From a virus, in IMG/VR virus record IMGVR_UViG_3300025141_016046, positions 1 through 64,000 of that record: a stretch of 64,000 nucleotides of DNA; one strand, given 5' to 3'. The notes below the pieces were generated by a model. It was not told the DNA's origin. It was given only the letters and a program-made list of their open reading frames with translations, and did no database searches. Made by a program: the position numbers and the translations under genes. Below, in pieces: positions 17,166 through 27,200 of the stretch (within the stretch, counting starts at the first letter, position 1; every line of letters begins with the position of its first letter).

Positions 17166-20077
17166 TAGAAGTCCATCTTAACTCTAAAGAGAAAGTCATC
17201 ATCATCTCTCTTAACTACAGGTTGTGCAAGATTTGCCTTCATAATTACATTCATATTATCATCATGAAAGTATATTCCAGTTATATAGACAAACTCTGAA
17301 TTAACATCATTTGCATCAAGTGATGCAGAAAGAACCTTAAACCCGGGATTAGATGAGCTATTAATTAATCCAGGCTGACAGGGTACATTTACTGACATTA
17401 CATGGATGTTTTGCTCACCGCTAAAAGAAGCTTCAAATTGATTTTTTCCAAAAAGATTTAAGTGTGGAGATTTAATTAAGACTATTCCCTCGTCGTAGAA
17501 TATATTTCCTACGTTGTTGTATGTGGCCTGTTCTGTTAGGCAGTCCGCTCTATATAGAGATCCATGACCGTCATCTTTTAGAGTGATACTTACCTTTCCT
17601 CTTGATCCAGAAATATTTTTATCAGTCAGTGTAAATGTTCCAGGCTGAATTCTATTTCCATAAAATAGGTTTGGAATATTGAATATAACAATCTCATTGC
17701 TTGATGGGTCTCTTGTTGCTTGATAAACTAAAAAGTGATTGTCAGCAGTTCCTTCAAGAACCTTTCCATCAGGCCTGTCAGGAGACGCCAAGAATAAACC
17801 TCCATCAGAGCTAGTATAGTAAGCTAAAGCATGCGAAATTCTGAAAGGGTCGTGAACATCAGTAAGGGGTATGTTAGCGGGTCTAGCTGTAAACATATCG
17901 CTTAGATTTATTAGACTGGGATCAAAGTTACCATAGTCATCTCTATACAGATATCCTTCAGATGATGATGTTATTAGGTCTGAGGTGTCTGATCCTGTAT
18001 ATAGCAGTCCATAGCTTGGCTGAAACTTTCCATTATCGTTTGGAAGAACTGATAGCGATCTCTTTCTTAGTGAAGCTGTTTGAAATAGCCAGTCAGACAC
18101 CTTTCTTTCAGATGGTTCATCCCCATCATAATCTCCCTTGACATCAAATTGAGATGAAGCAGTAAGGAATAAAAGGCGAGGATAGACATCGTTGACAATA
18201 TCTTTTGTAAAATTCTCAAGATTGATCAGTGTAGCATCAACAGTCATTGAAAGACCAGCGTTGAACGGCATTGACATATACGGCTGTACAAACTTATCAG
18301 TAGGATAGCTAACACCGTCTAATGCGCCGCCAGTATCAACAAAATCTTGCCTGCGTGATGATGAAAGAGCATTTGATAAAAATCTTCTATCATGCTTCTC
18401 ATAAGTGAAGAATGGAGGAACATAGAAAAGAAGATCAGATAGATCATCTGGCCCTCTAATCGAGCTAGAGTATATCTGTGTATCTGTTCTATACGTTGAA
18501 AATATCTTAAGGTCGTGGACTTCTGCATTTAGTGGGTGGTTAAAGAAGAACCCCTTTGGATCTCCTAGCTCAATTGCTGGATCAGTACTGTTTCTGCCGT
18601 CCCAGGTTGACACCCTAGGTCTAAGTGTAAATCCTTCATTTTTTCTTGCTGTGAGATTAAAGAATCTCTCTATTGTTGTTGCATTAGATCCTGTGGAGTT
18701 TGAACCCTCATAGAAGTTACCAATAAATAATGCATTTGGATCTGCTCTTCCTGCTGGAAATCTATCCCCTATTGCACGCCCAGTGCCGTCTTCTGCTTTA
18801 GTGTTTTGATTAACAATTGGCCTGATGCTTGAAGAAGAGTCAATTGTAAATTCTGATACTGGATCTCCGTCTATGACAAAGCTACCTGTTCCACTATTGA
18901 CCTTCGGGCTCCACCGAATTGCAACATGGTGCCAGTGATCCTTCTTGAGTGAGTTATCTGGTGAAACCCACGCGTACTTAAACGGTTCAGATTTATAATT
19001 TGCTGAATTGTTTAGATATATCGGTCTATCACTATCCTTGACAATCTTAAATCTTGAAGGAGGATATTCTGCACTTTGTGAGAGCTGAAGAAGAACCCTG
19101 TATCCGCTTGCAGATCCATCTGGTGCCTTTAGTGACCCTGTAACAAGACTGACAGCGTACGCGCCACTCATGTGATAGATTGTTCCAGCTTTAAACTCTC
19201 CCTTCTTAACACCTGACGATGTTTCATTTGTATATCTTGGATTAATATAAAAGTCAAACGTAAATGCAGTCTCAGGAGCATATCTTCCATCAAATCTTTT
19301 TCTTCTTACCAGCTCTTGGGCATCACCAGACCACACCTTATTTAGAGACCCAGTAGGACAAGGGTATATTAGGACTGAGCTTGATAGTGCATGGGTAGGA
19401 TAGAGATTTTGATCACCGTTTGAAGATGTAAAGAAGTTAAGAGTGTGGTAGTTTGTATATGCGTAGTTGGGATGGCTGATTTTTGCTCGATTTCCTTTCA
19501 GCAGTATATTTCTTATCTGGTTCTTAACAATTCTCCTATTTGCAGCAAAGCTTCCTGATATGCGATTCCTATCCATGGGTTTAGTATTAAATTGCTCGTC
19601 GTCCTGAAACAGGAACGGCGGCCTAAATCTCTCAATATTAAATACTTTTGAATTTTTAGCCGATGGTGACATCGACCTTACTGCTTTCATGTATCCTATA
19701 TGATCAGGTGGATCTCCATGAGAATTTAAATTCTCAATTCCAGTGTGCGGCCAGTCTGTCGCATACCCTAGGTAGCTCTGAATATCAGTAGTTGTTCCTG
19801 ATAGCTGCTGGGCTGAATAGAGGTTTATAAGTAGAGCAGACTTTTCTTCATCATACGCAACACTGGTAGGGTCAAGCTCTCTAACGCTCTTTGACACCCT
19901 ATTTGTCCTTGCAGACAGGCTAACCTGGCCCATAGTCCCAGTAGGGCTTGTAATTCCAGAGGCCATAACGGGCTCTTCGTTTACACTATCTACAGAGGAT
20001 GAGACAAACACCCTTTTTGGGTGAGTTGTCACAGTGACCTTTTCAATCAGGTCCCTTGTAATTTTGATAATTGCCAT
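17165..20077 (-). CDS. Large virion/baseplate protein with LamG-like domain
   Basis: FTFDFYINP, WHHVAIRW, FVIDG, LFIG, VHDLKIF LamG-type strands; C-terminus paralogous to the 20098-21390 protein. Confidence 0.7.
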   Translation of the reverse strand: MAIIKITRDLIEKVTVTTHPKRVFVSSSVDSVNEEPVMASGITSPTGTMGQVSLSARTNRVSKSVRELDPTSVAYDEEKSALLINLYSAQQLSGTTTDIQSYLGYATDWPHTGIENLNSHGDPPDHIGYMKAVRSMSPSAKNSKVFNIERFRPPFLFQDDEQFNTKPMDRNRISGSFAANRRIVKNQIRNILLKGNRAKISHPNYAYTNYHTLNFFTSSNGDQNLYPTHALSSSVLIYPCPTGSLNKVWSGDAQELVRRKRFDGRYAPETAFTFDFYINPRYTNETSSGVKKGEFKAGTIYHMSGAYAVSLVTGSLKAPDGSASGYRVLLQLSQSAEYPPSRFKIVKDSDRPIYLNNSANYKSEPFKYAWVSPDNSLKKDHWHHVAIRWSPKVNSGTGSFVIDGDPVSEFTIDSSSSIRPIVNQNTKAEDGTGRAIGDRFPAGRADPNALFIGNFYEGSNSTGSNATTIERFFNLTARKNEGFTLRPRVSTWDGRNSTDPAIELGDPKGFFFNHPLNAEVHDLKIFSTYRTDTQIYSSSIRGPDDLSDLLFYVPPFFTYEKHDRRFLSNALSSSRRQDFVDTGGALDGVSYPTDKFVQPYMSMPFNAGLSMTVDATLINLENFTKDIVNDVYPRLLFLTASSQFDVKGDYDGDEPSERKVSDWLFQTASLRKRSLSVLPNDNGKFQPSYGLLYTGSDTSDLITSSSEGYLYRDDYGNFDPSLINLSDMFTARPANIPLTDVHDPFRISHALAYYTSSDGGLFLASPDRPDGKVLEGTADNHFLVYQATRDPSSNEIVIFNIPNLFYGNRIQPGTFTLTDKNISGSRGKVSITLKDDGHGSLYRADCLTEQATYNNVGNIFYDEGIVLIKSPHLNLFGKNQFEASFSGEQNIHVMSVNVPCQPGLINSSSNPGFKVLSASLDANDVNSEFVYITGIYFHDDNMNVIMKANLAQPVVKRDDDDFLFRVKMDF

Positions 20078-20097
20078 GGGCTAAACCTCCAGTAGGA

Positions 20098-21390
20098 CTA
20101 GAAGTCAAGCCTAATCCTGAAAGTCAGGTCCTTCTCGTCATTCTTCTCAACAGGTCTGCTTAGCTTGGCAACTGCAAGAAGATTATTTCTTCCGTCATAT
20201 AAGCCAATAGTGCTAACGAATGAGAATGTTCTCTGTGTAGTTTCCTCTCCTTCGTCAATCACGTTTATTCTTCCAGTGCTGTCAGTAAACGTTGGGTTAG
20301 AAGAGTAGTTAAACTCATCAGATCCAGCTCGGCAGAAGATCAATGTTGAATTAATATTTGTCACATTTTGAAATGTTATTGCAGTAAGTGATCCTGACTG
20401 GAATCTAACAGATGCAAAGTGATCTAGAATGTTATCCATTGAAGCTGATACGACAAAGTCTGGAATAAATTTGGCATTATTATTTCCGTACTCAGCGGCA
20501 TCTGCTGCACCTATTGGAGCTGCTGGTCCAAATCCAAGAATTGTCTGTCCTGAAGCTGCATCGTCAAAAGCTGCAGGAGACATGGCATCAATAACGCCAG
20601 AGGCAGCCTGAGAAGCTGATATTGCCTGTCCGAGATCTAGAAGACCTATTCCCATATCGTAGAATAGAAGGCCAACATTTCTATTTGTGTTAGATGAGTC
20701 AACTATGTTTCCAACCTCGCCGCCTACTGACGTCTCCTTGGCTGTGGCTGACCCGATATCAGTGTAGATGGCTGATCCTGACACAGTTGGAAGGTTAATG
20801 TTTGGACCCATGTTTCCTGACATCTGTGACTGTCCTGAAGCGCTTGGGTCTCCTGGTGCTCTAGATGCAGATTGATAAAACTTCATAGCGAAAGTTTCAC
20901 GCTTAATCCTGTCTCTAGAGAAAAGCCTCTTGAATGTAAAGAAGAGTGCGTGATCAATTCCGTTTGCAGTTGGAGGCTGGGTTGTATCAAAAGGAGTTGT
21001 GAATTGATACGATGCATCACCTAAAAGAAGCTGAGCAAACTGTCTATATACGTTTATCTTTTCTCTCATCATTAGAGAGTTAGAGGGAAATAGTAGCTTT
21101 CCTGCACTATCCTGTCCAGATGAGGCTGCAGCTACATCAGAACTTCCTGAGTATGCACCGTATGTAATATCAAATACTGGGTTTGCTGTCTGAAGTGTAT
21201 AGTCTTGATCGTACACAGTTTGAAAAAGAGATGATGTTACACCTGGACCGACACCTCCGGTAACGAAAACCTGATACTTCTTTCTAGTTGTTGATCCGGA
21301 GATATCCTCCTGAATAATGTCGACCAGCTGATTTAAAACAGACTTGCTAGTCTTAATATCAGCTGCGGAAATTTCTTTAAATGTAGCCAT
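20098..21390 (-). CDS. Virion/baseplate structural protein
   Basis: C-terminal EFNYSSNPTF...TIGLYDGRNNLLAVAKLSRPVEK...RLDF; multiple SGS/SAS motifs. Confidence 0.7.
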   Translation of the reverse strand: MATFKEISAADIKTSKSVLNQLVDIIQEDISGSTTRKKYQVFVTGGVGPGVTSSLFQTVYDQDYTLQTANPVFDITYGAYSGSSDVAAASSGQDSAGKLLFPSNSLMMREKINVYRQFAQLLLGDASYQFTTPFDTTQPPTANGIDHALFFTFKRLFSRDRIKRETFAMKFYQSASRAPGDPSASGQSQMSGNMGPNINLPTVSGSAIYTDIGSATAKETSVGGEVGNIVDSSNTNRNVGLLFYDMGIGLLDLGQAISASQAASGVIDAMSPAAFDDAASGQTILGFGPAAPIGAADAAEYGNNNAKFIPDFVVSASMDNILDHFASVRFQSGSLTAITFQNVTNINSTLIFCRAGSDEFNYSSNPTFTDSTGRINVIDEGEETTQRTFSFVSTIGLYDGRNNLLAVAKLSRPVEKNDEKDLTFRIRLDF

Positions 21391-21407
21391 TCTTTATCTC
21401 TTGCAAA

Positions 21408-22115
21408 TTATGATGTCTTGTTAATCTTAACAAGGAGGTTCTTTGATGCACCAGATTGCTGCCCTGTAATGGTGATATATGATCTAATAGTAGTCTTATC
21501 TCCTGCAACACCGTATGTGTCAAATAGTGAGGTTGTCAAGGATGATTTCACCTGTATGGTAGGTGCAATTGATGACCCGCCTGTAACAGTATCAAGAGCA
21601 GAGGATCTTGTGATTAGGTATGTTGCAATATTCTCTGAGCTTATTGCAATAGGTCTTACTCCAGATAGCTGAAGAAATAAATTATTCATTTGGACCCTAA
21701 ATACCTGATCAACAAGCTCAACTGGTACTAGCTGATCGCCTCCAATTGACTGCTTAATTGTAGGTGTAGAGCTTCTAGTATTGACAATATTAAGTGTAAT
21801 TGTATCTGAAGTTACACCATCCAGAGTTATCTCTGGAAGTCTAATAAGATTTGGAACAGAAATACTTCTAAGTCTAAACTTTTGAGAAAGATTTCCTCTA
21901 GTAATTCCTTCTAGAATTGGTGTATTTTTTTCAACCTTTTCTTTTCCAACTGTTCTTCCAAACTTTTGTATGATTGAATAATCAACTTCATCGTCTGAAA
22001 GTGCAAACTTAACTATAGAGAAACTTCCATCATTTCTAGCTAGAAGCTCCCTTCCCTTGTCTGTAAGAACGGCATCTAATATGATATTATTAGTGCTATG
22101 ATCAAGAAAACCCAT
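21408..22115 (-). CDS. Virion/baseplate structural protein
   Basis: N-terminal DAVLTDKGRELLA...IVKFALSDDEVDY resembles tail-fibre anchor N-termini; paralog at 31732-32709. Confidence 0.65.
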   Translation of the reverse strand: MGFLDHSTNNIILDAVLTDKGRELLARNDGSFSIVKFALSDDEVDYSIIQKFGRTVGKEKVEKNTPILEGITRGNLSQKFRLRSISVPNLIRLPEITLDGVTSDTITLNIVNTRSSTPTIKQSIGGDQLVPVELVDQVFRVQMNNLFLQLSGVRPIAISSENIATYLITRSSALDTVTGGSSIAPTIQVKSSLTTSLFDTYGVAGDKTTIRSYITITGQQSGASKNLLVKINKTS

Positions 22116-22130
22116 TTTTTACCCCTGATT

Positions 22131-22138
22131 GTAAATAT
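22131..22138 (-). promoter_or_regulatory. Candidate late-promoter motif ATATTTAC
   Basis: Intergenic, 15 nt before the ATG of a structural gene. Confidence 0.45.
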
Positions 22139-22173
22139 ATCGCTTTGTGTGTTATCCAGTAAAATAATTCTAC

Positions 22174-24204
22174 TCAGACATCTATTAGAGTTGCAACCTT
22201 TGTTGTGACAGAATAGTCTACTCCCTCGCCAACTTCAAACAAGTTATCCCTAGTGTCCTTAACATAAATATCAATTAGTTTTGATTTCTGGTTATCTAGA
22301 TTCATCATAGATAATTTATAGCTTGGATTATCATCGCTTGTTGCCATAATATTAAGATCATCTCCGTCTGAGTTTGTAACTGTTAAGTACTCTGGATCAA
22401 AGTAGATTGTTAATTGATTAAATCCAGATGTCTTTATTGTATCTTTGAACAGGTCATTTCTTAGATATAGATTTGGATATGGAATAGGTGCACCTGATTT
22501 TGACAAATATGAAACAATAAGCCTAGACTTAAATTTATCATATGATACACTAAACTGAGCAGAATAGTTTGAACAAAGACCCCTTGCGTCCACGCTAGCT
22601 ATCGAATAGATATATAAAGAATTGTGATTAAAATCCTTATCCCTATAGAGAAGTTGAGGCGAATCTGCAACCTGTATTAGAGCGCCGGATAATCTTGCTA
22701 TTGTGCTTTGAACAAGAGAGTCTGGATCTGGTATCTCTGTTGTCTTTGTAAGTGTAGTTGAGTCATTAAAGTAGTAATTTTTAATTAGCTGAAATGGAGA
22801 TGATGTATCAAGCCTTCTAAATACTCTAAACTCTTTTACATCTCTTTGTCTATTTACTGGCATTGACCACGCTATGTCTAGTGATTCTGACTTTCCATCC
22901 CAGACGAATTCAATATCTGTAGGTGGGGGTGGTGGAATTCTTTCTATGCATATAGATGTTGCAGTCTTACTAGGCCTGGATGCTATTAGAACACCAACTA
23001 CGACAGATTGATTTCTTGATTCATTTCCGGGATATACATTAATTGCACTAAATTCAAGATAAGCAATTGTTCTAACTCTATATCTGTACCCCCTTCCATA
23101 CATAATGTTTGGATCAATTGCGTCACCAGATAGGGGATTTTCAATTATAATTGGATCTAGTGTGAGTACATTTCCAGATTCATCAACCTCGTCCTTTTCA
23201 ATAAGGTATCCGACGACCCTTGCTGAATACTGGCTACCATCTGTCTGGTCAGCCATGTTTTGAGAAATTTTATATGTGACGGGCTCTGCACTGATATCAT
23301 AGTCATCATCACTTAGTGACCCAGCAGTGTTTGCTGTAACTGCTGCAGTTGATATTGAAGAAAGTATACTCTTTACTGTATTGAACTCTTCAAAGTATGA
23401 ACTTCCCCCATCCTTAGACCATGCATTTCCGCATCTTCCTGCGAGAACGTTACTTACAGAAATCCCTAGGTCAAAAACTGTCGAAGTATTAGAGAAGCTA
23501 TCGTTAATAAGAGCTGTCCTATCTTCAGACTGATTAAAAAAGCTTAGGTCACCCACAGACTGATAGCTTGCAAGAGCTGTCCTTAAAGTCTCTTTTGCAT
23601 TTGAATCCAGCCCAGTAGAAGATCCAACAGCTTCAAGATATGAATTAACAACATCGAGATTTGAATCAGATGACTCATTAGATGTTGTAGATGATGCAAA
23701 TTCAAATTCAATCTCTGATGAGTTTATTGCTATCTTTGCAACATCTGTCAGCTTTGTCAATCCTTCTGCATCCTGCAATCCAATTCCGCTATACTGATTA
23801 CTGGTCATAATATCCTCAAAGAGAATATTTTCAACATTGTCTGCTATACTAACTGTAAAGTCTACAACTTCTAGCCTGTCCTCATCTGAATCTATTACAG
23901 ATCTAAGCTCTTTTGGAGACCATGAAATTTTATTAAATCTAGGAAGCCCAACTTCAACAAGCTGTGCCCTTCTTTCAGACTCAGATGCATCATCGCTTAA
24001 AGTTGTAAATGATGTCCGAGACTCACCATCAACAACGACATCTCTAGAAGTAGTCTCATCTGCAACAAAGTAATTGTATTGAAACTCACTAGATACATTG
24101 TCTGGGATTGGTATGTCAGACTGATTGACTCCCTTGCTTGGCATAGATGAATAAGCTGATTCGTCTATCAGGTCATCATATATTGAAAATGATGATATTG
24201 TCAT
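22174..24204 (-). CDS. Acidic structural protein with fibronectin-III-like C-terminal domains
   Basis: YRYRVRTIA, PPPPPTDIEFVWD...IAWS...FRVFR...YIYSIASVDARG...SNYS Fn3-like pattern; AGGAG RBS. Confidence 0.6.
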   Translation of the reverse strand: MTISSFSIYDDLIDESAYSSMPSKGVNQSDIPIPDNVSSEFQYNYFVADETTSRDVVVDGESRTSFTTLSDDASESERRAQLVEVGLPRFNKISWSPKELRSVIDSDEDRLEVVDFTVSIADNVENILFEDIMTSNQYSGIGLQDAEGLTKLTDVAKIAINSSEIEFEFASSTTSNESSDSNLDVVNSYLEAVGSSTGLDSNAKETLRTALASYQSVGDLSFFNQSEDRTALINDSFSNTSTVFDLGISVSNVLAGRCGNAWSKDGGSSYFEEFNTVKSILSSISTAAVTANTAGSLSDDDYDISAEPVTYKISQNMADQTDGSQYSARVVGYLIEKDEVDESGNVLTLDPIIIENPLSGDAIDPNIMYGRGYRYRVRTIAYLEFSAINVYPGNESRNQSVVVGVLIASRPSKTATSICIERIPPPPPTDIEFVWDGKSESLDIAWSMPVNRQRDVKEFRVFRRLDTSSPFQLIKNYYFNDSTTLTKTTEIPDPDSLVQSTIARLSGALIQVADSPQLLYRDKDFNHNSLYIYSIASVDARGLCSNYSAQFSVSYDKFKSRLIVSYLSKSGAPIPYPNLYLRNDLFKDTIKTSGFNQLTIYFDPEYLTVTNSDGDDLNIMATSDDNPSYKLSMMNLDNQKSKLIDIYVKDTRDNLFEVGEGVDYSVTTKVATLIDV

Positions 24205-24244
24205 ATCTTTTCTCCTTGATCCATTGTTACTACCGCTGTGTTTC

Positions 24245-27200
24245 TCATGTGTTATCTAGATCACTTTGATATGGAAGAAGCTCTACAGTAACAAAAAAGC
24301 TAAATACTTCAGATAAATATGTCGTACCAGTCATTGGATAGACAGCTCCATCCTGAAGATATGCAACTGTATCTTCAGATGTTTCTTCATAATCTATTTC
24401 AAAACCATCGGGATCGACAAGAATACAAAATACTCTCTCAAATAATGTTGGACAAAAAGCCTGATTTAGATATTTCTCAGGACTGAATAAAAATGACTGC
24501 CTAAGCTTGCTTGCAACATTTTCAGATGAAGATGTTGCAAGATCTAGATCACCAAATGCACCAGCATCTATTCCCTCAGCAACCATTGATAAGATATCAG
24601 ATCTTACTTGATTATAATACCCATCGCTAGAGCTTTGAACTCCCATACTTAGGCTTAAATTTTCTGCATTTCCAGTATACCCAGTAATAAAATCAAAATC
24701 AGCTTGTTGAGTACCAAGCCCGCCACCATCAACTGAGGATGCATAGCTGCAACCCTTTTCAAAGAGTGGAAATGCCCTCTCATTTACATCTATTCCACCG
24801 ATAATTTTTAAGTACTCCTTAAGAATATAGTCTTGTAGGTGATTTCTATTAATCTCATCTGCATTAATTGAAATAGGGCCATCGTTCGCGTCAGGCCCGA
24901 GATCTGTGACTGAGGGTGCAGTGTTATATTCGTCTCCTCTTTGGATAAAAAAGTCCCATGTCAAGTTTGGATAAAGTCCTGTGAAAGTAGATGATTTTTC
25001 ATTAATTGATTCAGAGCTAGAATCATCTGCCGATGTTCCTGGAAATGTCCCATCCGGTTGATATCCTCCTGTGCCTGCTCCTAAGCCCGAGTCCAGCGCG
25101 GACTTGTCATGGGCAGAGGTAGACCAGGCTTCGTCGCATGCAGCTGCTAGAGTTTCTGCGCTAACATCTATTGCAGAAGACATTGGATCAAGCCCCCCGT
25201 ATGTTCTAGTCGATGAAAGAAGCCTTGTGTCAAATATATAATTTCTTGGCTTATACACAACATCACCTCTATCCAGATCCTTCTTATATACCTTGATGCT
25301 AATGTGAGGACTTGATGAGTAATCTTCTGGCTCATAGCCATCATAGCTAGCATAGTTCTCTGCCTCCTCTCTTAGCTTTTCAATTAGGCCGTGGGGAAGA
25401 CCGACTGTTAAAATTTCAAGCCTATCATCATCAGGATCTCCCTTTGATGTTGAGAACTCACCGGACTCCAATCCGTCTTCGTGTGTAGATGGATTAGGCT
25501 GAAGAAGACCGAGCCCAGGAATAATTCTATTGCTTAGGATTTTTGAAGGAATTACCTCACAGCTTGGTATGAGAAGATCTCTAGAGCTAGCTGTCTTTCC
25601 ATCTTCACTAAGATCTTCATCAAAAAATCCTGCTGATGATATTGTTCTAGACCCCTCTCTTAAATTTTTAACAAGGCTGTATGCCTCAGAAGTCATACAC
25701 GCGCTAAACATGGCAGATAGTGCATCATCGTAGCTTATTGACATTCCCTCATTTGCTACTGCATTTTTTGCTGAGAGATCACAATAATCTAGATAGTGGA
25801 TATGGGAGGATGGGTTGGTAGTAAAGCTAAGAATGTCTTCGTATTTTGAATTAATAACGTTTCCAACTGCGACAAGTGCCTCAGACATTGCTTCACATCT
25901 AGTGTACTCCTTTATAAGCCCTGCATGAATGTCTCTTATGGACTCCTCAATTGTGATATCGTATGCTTCACCAAATGCAGAGTTTAGTGCATTTGAAATA
26001 TTTGTACCATACCCGTTTACATTAACTGAATCATTCAAGCTGTATAGACCGCCTCTAGAGAATTTTGCGCAAGCTAGCGCGAGCTGTGTTGTTCTTGCTG
26101 TGTCTAGTCTAAGCACCGTGTAAAATTCAGCATCAAAAGATGCCTGTTGGATAAATGTTGGGCTTCCTCTTGAGAAAAGATCACCCTTTGTGGGTGGACC
26201 GCTTCCATCGGTAGACCGACCTGTCACCTCCTGAAAAATGGCAGACTCCTCTCTCTGTCCAATGGGTATGACGCTCAAATCGCCTGCAAGAACCTGTGTC
26301 TGAAATCCACCGCTGTTTGTAATCTCAATTGAAGAAAGTAAATCTCCGATTATGTAGCAGTAAGCTCTTCTACGAAGAGTGTCTGTGTAGCCTCTAAAGT
26401 CAGTAATTATATCTATTGGCTCATCACTTCCTCTGAATTCTTCTTCGAGAACTAGGCGTATTCTCTCATCATCTTTATCTGTTAGAGCTATTCCTTCAAA
26501 ATCATCACCAACAAATTCAGAATAAAATCTTAATAGCGTCAGATCGGGTAGGTCAAATATTGAACCCCTTGAAGTGCTTGTATCAATTGTTAAAAGTGCA
26601 AGGCCAACAGGAGATCTCATAAGACCGACCCTGTCTTTAATAATAGATTTTGGGCTTGTCATAGCTGTTGAAAAATCTTCCTCCTCTGATGTTACCTGTA
26701 TATTATCAACAGTTCTATGTGCAACATATCTCTTTACCCCTGAACTTGACCAGTATGCTTCATCCTGTATTTCGAGGATGCCGACGCCATCTCCAGCATC
26801 TGATACATCTAGTATTTTTTCTGTCAGCTCTAATGCCAGATTGTAGAAATCGTCATAAGATCGCTGAATTGCATCAATTTCTGAATCGACTTCTTCAGCA
26901 ACATCTTCATCTTCTATCACACCTGTTCCGGAAATAGATGACTTAATTATATCTTCCTGCTTCTTATAGAGCCTTCTCGCATCTAAAAACTGACTTAACA
27001 GGTGCGCAATTTCACTATTGCTTCCAGCCTCAATGAATATTGCAAGTCTAATGAATTCAAGCTCATCTACAGGATCTCGTGTAATTTGCTCTGTCTGATC
27101 TGACACATCACTCCAAGAAGTTCCAGTTGTGCTAAGAACAGACTGCAAGACGTCATTATCGTGAACAAATCCGTTGTCTGATAGATAGTCTGATAGCTGG